Assembly: GCA_043228905.1 (NCBI GenBank)
Contig: JBHGNT010001117.1
Span: 1-11,914 of the forward strand
Direction: 5' to 3'
Source: Azolla caroliniana
Lineage: Eukaryota; Plantae; Polypodiophyta
DNA length: 11,914 nt
The notes under the pieces were generated by a model. The model worked only from the letters and a program-made list of their open reading frames with translations, was not told the origin of the DNA and searched no databases. The stretch's first letter is position 1; each line of letters starts with the position of its first letter. The translations under genes and the position numbers were made by a program. Positions 1 to 8,251 of the stretch are shown piece after piece.

Positions 1-3000
1 ACAGTGCAATCATGCTCGACAACTTTTGAACTTTGAAAAACACTATTGGAAACTTATGAAAAGAAGGTTGCCGCAACGAAGATATATCTGATCCAGCGCC
101 TCTACAACATGTGGATGAAAGAATCTAATTCGGTTCAGGCACTCCTCAACGAGTACGAAAGCCTAAGCTCCCAAATATCGTCTTAGGGGACGGCAATAGA
201 GGATGAACTTAGAGCAATGATACTCATGAGTAGTCTCCCCTCTTCTTGGGAAACTTTCGTCACAACCGTGTGCAATGCTTCAACAACTGCCATTAAGTAC
301 TCCGAAATCACGAGCGCAATCCTGACTGAAGTAGCTCGGAGAAAGTCTTTTGCCAAAGACTCGGTAGATGAAGCTTACGTAGTACAAGGTTTGACCGACC
401 GATCGAACAACCAGGGAAGAAGTTCTTCCCGACCGCGGAACAATCAACGAAGCCAGAGCAAGTCCCGGGACAACCGAATCTGCAACTACTACAAGAAATC
501 GGGACACATCAAAGCCGACTGCCGAGCACTCAAAGCAAAAACCGACAAATCTCAGAGAGTGGATCAGAAGAGTAGCCGGCATGAGGAGGTCAACTACGTC
601 GGTTCTTCAGTCGAAATTTTGACGATTGACCCGAACATACTGTCCACAGAGAACCCACTTGAATCAGAAGTTTTGCTTACGACTGAGGAATTGAGCACAT
701 GGCTCTTGGACTCGGGCGCATCGTATCATGTGACACCTCACCAATCTCAGTTTCGGCAATAGTCAGACCGGCACTCCGACTCAGTTTGAGTCGGGAACTC
801 GCAAAACTGTGCCATAATTGGAATTGGCATCGTAGAGCTTAAACTTTCGGGTGGCTCTACACTCGTACTACACAACGTCCGACACGTTCCTGAGCTTTCA
901 AGACCCTTGATCTCAGTCGGAAAACTTGAAGAAGCCGGCATCCGTGTCGGGTTCTCATCAGGAGGGTGGACACTCCACAAAGGGAACCTCCTGCTTGCTC
1001 GAGGACCAAAGGTACACTCATTGCACCCCTTATATGTCACACTCAAAGAGGGTGACTTATTTTTGGTTGATATCCCCGTGTCATCTTTGTGGCACAGACG
1101 ACTTGGACACCTCAGTAAGGCCGACATAATGCACCTATTCAGAGCCGGTTACATCCACAAGCTCTCCTTCTCAGATCACCAATTCTACGACCATTGCCAG
1201 TACGGAAAGCAGGTAGCCGCATCACACCCGACATCAGCACCAAGAGAATCGAGTCCCCTCAATCTGGTCCACTCGAACGTCTATGGTCCGATGCCACATC
1301 AGTCTCTCGGCGGTGCTTCGTACTTTCTCAGTTTTATTGACAACTCGACTCAGAAGGTGTGGGTTTACCCCATTAGAACCAAAGATCAGGTGTTCTTGAT
1401 CTTCTCCGAATGGCTTGCAATGGTCGAAAACCAGATCGGTCGGAAACTAAAATGTCTCCAAACCAATAATGGAGGAGAATTCAAGTCTGAAGAATTCGTC
1501 AAATTTTGCGGGAACACGGCATTCAACGTGAATATATGACACCCTATAGTCCGAAGCAGAACAATATTGCTGAACGCATGAATCAGACGATTCAAGAACG
1601 CATAGTATCCATGCCCCAACACTTCGGACTATCAGATGGCTTCTGGGCGGAGGCTCTAGTTACGACATATTACACATAATAAATATGTCACCAAGTAGAC
1701 CTCTAGGACTTAAAATACCTCAGGAAACATGGAGTGGCAGTAAGCCGAATTATGACAAGCTGAGGATCTTCGACTGCGAGGCGTATGCCCTCATACCGAA
1801 AGACGCCTGCCGGAAACTCGAACCAAGATCAAGGAAATGTGTTTTCCTTGGATATGGACCCGACGACGAGATTGGATGCCGACTCTGGGACCCCAAGCAC
1901 AGACAAATCGTCCGAAGTTCGGATGTCGTGTTCAACGAGTCGGTTATTCATAAAACGGCCGAGAGGCCTATTGAAGTCTGAAGGGTAATATTTTCCGAAG
2001 TGTCAACCTTTCATGAAGGCCCAACCCACAACATGAGATCGGTTTCACGGGTAACCGACACCTCCTGTCCTGAATCCACTGATTCAGCACAGTCAAATGG
2101 CTCGGCTTCCGATCATCCGACACCTATTACTGGGGTGACCAAACCAGTCATACCTCGAAGATCCGAGAGACTGTCGCAACCTCCGAAAAGGTACTCTCCC
2201 GGAATTTTCTTTACTAACGCCGGCGAACCGACGTCCTACGAAGAAGCATCGGCATCTGCCGACTCAACCACCTGGCATCTGGCGATGGAGTCGGAAATGC
2301 ACTTCATTCGCGCAAAACAAGACTTGGGACTTGGTCGAATTACCGGAGAATCAACGTGCTCTTCCGTGTAAGTGGGTCTATAGACTAAAAGAGACGTCCG
2401 ACTCGACCAACCCAAAGTACAAGGCCAGATTAGTTGCGAAGGGATTTCAACAAGAATATGGCGTCGACTTCGACGAAATCTTTTCACTAACGGTGAAAAT
2501 GACTACCCTTCATTTCATGCTCGGCGTCGTGGCCGTCAACAACTTGGAGCTGATTCAGCTAGATGTTAAAACGACATTCCTCCACGGTGACCTACAAGAG
2601 GAAATCTATATGGAGCAGCCGAAAGGCTTTGTGGTATCCGGCCAGGAACATCTAGTCTGTCGACTCAGGAAGAGTTTATACGGCCTGAAACAAGCACCCT
2701 GACAGTGGTACAAGAAGTTCGACGACTTCATCCAGTCGGTTGGCTTCTCCAAGAGTGATGAGGACCATTGTCTCTTCACCAAAATAGCTCAACAAGGGTC
2801 TCCCGTTTTCCTCATCATTTACGTGGATGACATGCTACTCTCCGGCCGACATGCCGGAGAGCTCACCGAACTCGTTCGGAAACTGCGGTTGAAGTTTGCG
2901 ATGAAGGACCTTGGTCCAGCAAGACGCATACTTGGTATGTAGATCAGTCGGCATCGCGATAAACGACAACTCTTCTTGTCTCAAACCAACTACTACGGAC

Positions 3001-3803
3001 GTGTCTTGGAACACTTTAACATGCACTCGGCCAAGTTTGCTTTGACCCCACTCCCCATTAACCTTCGGTTGTCTCAGCGAGACTGCTCGACATCCGGTCC
3101 GGAGGGGGAAGATATGAAGTTGGTACCGTATGCACCCGCAGTCGGCTCCCTTATGTACGCGTTGGTTGCAACATGGCCTGATATTTCTCACGCCATAAGA
3201 GTCGTTAACATATTCACGCACAACCCAGGCCGATCGCACTAGAATGTAGTGAAGCATGTGTTCAGATATCTAGCTGGCACAAAAGACCATAGAATTCTTT
3301 TTGGCCCGAACTCAACCTCAGGCGTAGTCAGTTACACCGACTCGGACTTCGCCGATTGCGTGGACAGTCGGAAATCAACAACCGAATATTGTTTCAAATT
3401 TGGCAATGGAGCAATCTCGTGGAAGTCAAAAGTTCAGGAGTGCACAGCCACCTCAATGACCGAAGCGGAATATGTAGTTGCGTCCAACGCGGCAAAAGAA
3501 GCTTTATGGCTCGGTTGGCTGGCGCACACGTTTCGACAAGTCAACCTCGACTCGGCTCCAGTTGTCTACAGCGACAGTCAGGGTGTTGTTGCTTTGTCAA
3601 AAAATCCGGTTCACCACATAACCTCCAAGCATATCGACGTTCGATATCACTTTGTTCCGGACTGCGTCATTTTAGGGAAAATCGGACTCGAGAAGATATC
3701 CACAACCGATAATGTCGCAGATAGAATGACCAATTGTCTTTCGGCGGATCGCTTCTGGTCCCTTCGGCACCAGATGGGTGTAACGAAAGATCGGTCCGGT
3801 TAA
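1..3803 (+). pseudogene. gag-pol: Copia gag-pol pseudogene (Tnt1/Tork-like by motif resemblance)
   Basis: Motifs: degenerate Zn knuckle CNYYKKSGHIKADC (481-522), protease WLLDSGAS, LWHRRLGH, integrase core, RT YVDD (2820-2831), RNase H YTDSDFAD/EAEY/KHIDVRYHF, stop TAA 3801-3803. In-frame stops at 34, 184, 760, 787, 1979, 2700, 2940 and 3240. Frameshifts near 1509 (-1), ~1668 (+2) and 2314-2317 (+1) relative to copy 2. Confidence 0.95.
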
Positions 3804-3995
3804 AGTCAGACGGACACACAACACATGATGGTTTCGGACAACAGAAATTGGTCCTTTGAGGATCGGCTTCAGCTCTTCCGACCCGACCGGTTCGGTCTTC
3901 TGTCTTCAGATCTTGCCGACTCGAACAAAACCGATCTTTCCGATAAACCTTGTATATACCTATAGTTTCAGATAACCCATGTATATGCTGATTAT

Positions 3996-4002
3996 GGGGG
4001 AG
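3996..4002 (+). other. Polypurine tract of copia copy 1
   Basis: GGGGGAG immediately before the 3' LTR, the typical plant copia PPT. Confidence 0.85.
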
Positions 4003-4308
4003 AGTAGAATACGAGTGTATAATGGCCGTATTCACACTGTCCCTTTGGACAACCCAAGTTTGGGCTATTTTTGTAAATAGCATAAAGGGCAGTTGCCCTA
4101 GGATAGTCACTATATAAAGTGACTTTGTAACCTTTAGTAAGGGTGGTTGGTTGTCCTTTTGTAACTGTTGCTATTAAGAAATAAAATGTTTCTTTGTGCC
4201 TATCTCTCTCTCTCTCTCTCTTTGTGTATCTTGTTTATTCTCATACACAAGCCCTTCAACATTACAGATATTGTTTGTTCTTCCACACTGACGACCTTGT
4301 ACACAACA
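4003..4308 (+). repeat. 3' LTR of copia copy 1 (~306 bp)
   Basis: Aligns with 8252-8535: start AGTAGAATAC vs TGTCGAATAC, shared TAGCATAAAGGGCAGTTGCCCTA, end CACTGACGAC...CAACA. Contains TATATAAA 4111-4118, AATAAA 4180-4185 and (TC)9 4203-4220. The 5' TG is altered, so the start is uncertain by ~2 bp. Confidence 0.9.
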
Positions 4309-5994
4309 TTCCGGTACCGAGATCTCACATCTCAAAGTTGATGGAGCTACTCAAACAAAAGGTGGATATGGGGATCCTTGAGATGTCGAGTGCCCCATAC
4401 TCGAATAGGTGGTTTACGGTACCAAAGAAGAACGGTACACTGCGCTTTATTTAGGACCTCTAGCCGGTCAACAAGGTGACCATTCGAAACATAGGAATCG
4501 GGCCGACAATTGATGATTTTGCGTAGGCCTTCGCGGGAAGGTCGATCTACTCAATCGATGACTTGTAATATGGATATGACCAGTTCCACCTAGTTGTAGA
4601 CAACAGGGATATCACAACGATGGAGACCACTCTCGGCCTAGTTCGGATGTGTACCCTCCCGCAAGGAGAGACCAATTGGGTGACGCACATGGTGAATGCG
4701 ATGAATAAAGTGTTGAGGGATTGCATTCCAGAGATCACCATGCCATTTTTGGATGACATCATGATAAAGGAATGTCTGCATGAGGCAAAGGACGAATCAA
4801 TCGGAGCGGTTGGATGCAGGAAATTTGTTGTGGACCACATCTCCAACTACGAGAAGGTACTGCGGAGGCTTGAGGGCGCTCGACTTACCTTCTCCAGGGA
4901 GAAGTTGGCTTTCGGACAATAGGAGATCCTAGTTGTCAGTCACCTATGCAAGCCATATAGCTGGAAACCGTCTCCGGCGAAGGTAGAGGCCATCTCGACA
5001 ATGAAGGAAGAGTGTCGGTCGGTCACATAAGTACGACGGTTCTTGGGCAGCGTGCACCTTCTACTAGATTTGGATCCCGCACTACGAGCATATCGTCGAG
5101 CCGCTCTATGACTGGAAATTCGAATGGGGCAATGAGCACACTGAGGCGGTTCGGAGGTTGAAGGAAAAGCTAACGGTGGCACTGGCTCTCCGAAAAGTAG
5201 TGTACAAGAAGGGCACTCCGGTTTACGTGACGGTGGATACGAGTCCGACCGGAATTGGATGGGTGGTTAATCAGGAAGACGAGGATGGTGCGAGGTTCCC
5301 CATCTAGTTTGGTGCAAAGGTCCCGAGCAAACGTCAATGAGGATACGCCCAAGTTAAACGTGAACTTTGGGGTATTGTTTCGGCGGTTACAGTCGACAAA
5401 GCCTACTTTAAAGGGGCAGAAGTTGTAGTCGAGACAAACAGCTTGCCAATTCGTGGATGATTTCCGGATGCACGACTTCGGACCTGGAGATGCTCAGGGG
5501 GATCGCATACATTAAGTCCTTGAATCCGGAGATACGACACATCTCCAGAAAGAATAACGCCATGGCCGATATGCTATCAAGAGCAAGTTTTGACGATAAG
5601 GACGACATGGTTTCGAAAGACGAAGAGGTCGGCGTGAACATCTTCGAGTCCGTCCGATTGAGGGCGAACAGACAAAGCACTCTGGCCCTAAAAGAGTTCG
5701 ACGTGAACGACTACAAAGGGGAGTGGCTCCTAATCGGCAGGTTCCTAACCACAATGGCACCGGATGCGGCATGGACCAGGGACGAAGCGAGCCGGATCTG
5801 GGAGAAGGCTTACCGATTCTTCCTCGGGATAGTAAAATTTGGAGACAGGGTTCCATGAATTGGAACGCCACTCCGGGGGGTGACAAAGAAGAAGGAGCAG
5901 ATGATGCTCGTGATAGAGTTCCATGAGAGCCCTTGGTCTGGACAATGGGGCACATGGGCCACATTCCAGAAGTTGAAGGAGAAGTACGGGTGGT
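4309..5994 (+). pseudogene. pol: Ty3/gypsy 'family A' pol fragment (RT - RNase H - start of integrase), decayed
   Basis: SSAPYSNRWFTVPKKNGTLRFI, LPQG, FLDD (4746-4757), VTVDTSPTGIGW, KRELWG, NAMADMLSR, then EFHESPWSGQWGTWATFQKLKEKYGW (degenerate integrase Zn region). Order RT-RH-IN indicates gypsy. Many stops (4452, 4461, 4524, 4566, 4920, 5028, 5338) and frameshifts. Bounded by other elements' LTRs on both sides. Confidence 0.9.
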
Positions 5995-6110
5995 TGTCAT
6001 GAACAGTACTGAGACAGAGAAGGAATTAGTACTAAACGAAGGATTAGTACTATGAGAGGTGTGGAACTTCTTCGAGAGAAGGAAGAAGTGAGTGAGACAG
6101 AGAGAAAGAC

Positions 6111-6128
6111 AGAGAGAGAGAGAGAGAG
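6111..6128. repeat. (AG)9 microsatellite within a longer GA-rich tract of the chromovirus LTR
   Basis: AGAGAGAGAGAGAGAGAG seen directly. Confidence 0.95.
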
Positions 6129-6246
6129 TGATGATAAGAAAGATATGTATTATATGAAGAGAATATACAATGGTGGCTAAAAGGCTTAAGACTGGCGTTG
6201 AACCAATTTGGTTCAACATAATGCCTAGTGCCCTCTTTTATAGTGT

Positions 6247-6296
6247 TTTCAGGAGTAATCCTGAAGCTTCTAGAATGTTCCAGAGAAATCTGGAAT
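6247..6296. promoter_or_regulatory. Heat shock element (nGAAn) array upstream of the LTR TATA box
   Basis: Perfect core ctGAAgcTTCtaGAAtgTTCca (6261-6282), extended in 5-bp phase on both sides to 10 units. Confidence 0.72.
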
Positions 6297-6349
6297 ATAC
6301 ACTAATTTCCTATAATAAAATGTAAATGAAAATAATATCCTACGTATTA

Positions 6350-6418
6350 CAATAGATGATCTAATGGTCAAGAGCTCGACCCATATAACCTAAGGTCATG
6401 GGTTCGAGTTTTGCCATA
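6350..6418 (+). other. tRNA-like relic (Pol III A-box/B-box) inside the chromovirus LTR, antisense to the element
   Basis: A-box-like TGATCTAATGG (6357-6367) and B-box-like GGTTCGAGT (6401-6409) with tRNA spacing (T8 to T54 = 46 nt). No complete cloverleaf. Confidence 0.45.
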
Positions 6419-7662
6419 TCATGACACTATCCCCCCTTTAAAACGACGAGTGTCACGAGTCGTCTTGGATTGAGGACCTGGTTTGTGTGGATATTGACGA
6501 TGGAAGTCTTCAAGAAGAGCACGAGCATTGGTCACATTCTTGATCAGTTCCCAAGTACGTTCATTGGGGCTATAGCCTAGCCAATCGACTAGATAGCAGA
6601 GCTTGTTGCGAACAATCTTGGAATCAAGGATGGCGGCAACCTCGTACTCCGGCCCATCTTCAAGCTCGATCGAGGGTGGAGGTTGGGTAAGACGTCCTGG
6701 GATGGTGCTCTCGAGGTAGGGTTCGAGGAGAGAACTATGAAACACCGGATGTATCCGAAGTTGAGGAGGTAGATCGAGACGAAAAGCGACATCATTAATC
6801 TGTCCAATAATACGGAAAGGACCTAATTGCCGATAATCTAACTTCTCACATGGACGAGTAGTCTTGATGTGTCGTCGTAGCAGCCACACCCGATCTCCAA
6901 GATTAAAAATCGGATGGAAGTCGATGACGATCCGCGTAGACCTTGTGTGTTTGTTGAGCTTGTTGGAGATGAGTAGATAAATCTGCTTGTATCTTGCGTA
7001 ACTGCTCCAAACGATCCTCCGCGCACGGATTTGTGGACACCTCTGGGGTTTCAAGTACACTCCACCGGGGGTGACATCCCGTATAAGCATAAAATGGCAT
7101 AACTTTAGTGGATGCGTGGATAGAGTTGTTATAGGCAAATTCGCCGAAGTGGAGAATATCTGCCCAGTCATCTTGATGATAGCTGAGAAGGCACTGCAGA
7201 TATTGCTCCAACGTTTGATTTGTTCGTTCAGCTTGGCCATCGGTTTGTGGGTGGTAGCCGGAGGAGAGGTTACAAGTGACCTTGAGCACGTTAAAAAGGT
7301 GCTTCCAGAATTTTGACACGAACTGGGGTCCACAGTCGCTGATGATACTATCAGGAAGTCCATGATGCCGACATACTTCACGCATGACAATTTCGGCAGT
7401 GTCTTCACTGGAGATCTCCTTAGTACATGGCAAGAAATGAGCCATCTTCGTATATCGATCGACCACCGTTAGAATCGCATTGAACCCCTTAGAGACTGGA
7501 AGATCTATGATGAAGTCTAGAGCAATGGATTGCCACGGCTTGCTTGGAATTGTTAATGGTTCTAATAAACCATATGGATGATGCCTTGGCATTTTCGCTC
7601 TACAACATGTATCACAAGTCCGAACAAAATCCTCGACAAATTGTCGCATACAGGGCCACCAG
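6419..7662 (-). pseudogene. pol: Chromovirus integrase-GPY/F-chromodomain coding fragment
   Basis: WWPCMRQFVEDFVRTCDTC, PWQSIALDFI, IISDCGPQF, YHPQTDGQAERTNQTLEQYL, LGPFRI, IHPVFHSSLLEPY, chromodomain EYEVAAILDSK...YLVDWLGY...TWE (~6488-6649). One +1 frameshift in the A5 run 6905-6909 splits it between track ORFs 6903..7649 and 6419..7408. Confidence 0.93.
6427..6439 (-). other. Polypurine tract of the chromovirus
   Basis: Minus strand reads AAAGGGGGGATAG directly before the LTR TGTCATGA. Confidence 0.85.
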
Positions 7663-8251
7663 AATTGGCAGGCAGTTCGTCTCGATAATTACCTCTGTCC
7701 CGATTAGGTAGTCTTTATCGGCCTTTACTGCCGAAATGATACCCCAGAGCTCGCGTTTAACCTGGGTGTATCCTCGTTGTCGCTCGCTGAGGACCTTCAC
7801 GTCGAACCGGATCCGGAAACGCATACCGTCCTCGCCCTCTTGGTTGACGACCCACCCGATCCCGGTCGGACTCGTGTCCACCGTTACGTAAATTGGAGTG
7901 TCCTTTCCGTAGACAGCCTTCCGGAGCGCCGGAGCTGCGGCAAGTGCTTCCTTCATCTTTCGGACAGATTCTGTATGTTCATCTCTCCACTCGAATTTTC
8001 GCCCCTTTTTCAACAACCCGTATAACGGCTCCATATGTGGTAGAACACGCATGCTCCCAAGAACCTCCGAACCTCCGTGACCGACCTATAGTCGCGCTTC
8101 ATCGCGGAGATGGCTTCTACCTTAGCCGGAGACGGTTTTCGGCCGTACGACCCGCATAGGTGTCCGACGACCATGATCTCTGATTGCCCGAAGGCCGATT
8201 TTCCCCCGGAGAAGGTGAGCCTCGCGCCCTCTAACCTCTGCAGCACCTTCT
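7663..8251 (-). pseudogene. pol: Second Ty3/gypsy 'family A' pol fragment (RT C-terminus - RNase H)
   Basis: KVLQRLEGARLTFSGGKSAFGQ...VRRFLGACVFYHIW, then EPLYGLLKKG...VTVDTSPTGIGW...KRELWG...ETNCLPIL. Homologous to 4852-5452 in inverted orientation, with a frameshifting deletion near 8031. Confidence 0.9.

Larger units (their letters stand above)
1..4308 (+). mobile_element. Ty1/copia LTR retrotransposon, copy 1 (decayed; 5' end lies left of the window)
   Basis: Domain order gag-PR-IN-RT-RH is copia-diagnostic. It is followed by a PPT (3996-4002) and an LTR homologous to 8252-8535, and is collinear with copy 2 (position 1 aligns to ~9352). Confidence 0.96.
5995..6426 (-). repeat. 3' LTR of the chromovirus (432 bp)
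   Basis: Perfect 8-bp terminal inverted repeats TGTCATGA (5995-6002) / TCATGACA (6419-6426). Abuts a PPT on one side and interrupted family A integrase on the other. Minus-strand TATAAAA at 6236-6242. No second copy in the window to confirm. Confidence 0.88.
5995..7662 (-). mobile_element. Chromovirus (Ty3/gypsy, Tcn1-like) 3' portion, 'family B', 5'-truncated
   Basis: Integrase core, GPY/F motif, chromodomain, PPT and a TG...CA LTR in the correct order on the minus strand. Confidence 0.92.

Noticed and set aside
747-1127. Antisense ORFs shared by both copia copies (747..1127 / 10104..10493; 1750..1935 / 11082..11267)
   Set aside because: They are shadows of the conserved gag-pol frame. Their similarity follows from the paralogy, with no independent coding evidence.
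4194-4454. Track ORFs crossing LTR junctions (4194..4454, 8010..8303, 7612..8052) as fusion genes
   Set aside because: Their termini are translated LTR or out-of-frame sequence joined to pol remnants. They are junction artefacts.
5512-6219. 235-aa minus-strand ORF
   Set aside because: It spans the LTR/host junction and translates the CT microsatellite (LSLSLCLSL). It is a chance read-through of two unrelated elements.
6248-6298. Two GNRA-loop hairpins (TTCAGGA-gtaa-TCCTGAA, TTCCAGA-gaaa-TCTGGAA) suggesting an ncRNA or terminator
   Set aside because: They are largely explained by the dyad symmetry of the nGAAn array, and they lie on the strand antisense to the element.
6901-6912. Programmed frameshift between integrase core and GPY/F-chromodomain
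   Set aside because: These domains are normally one frame. A 1-bp homopolymer insertion or sequencing error is simpler.
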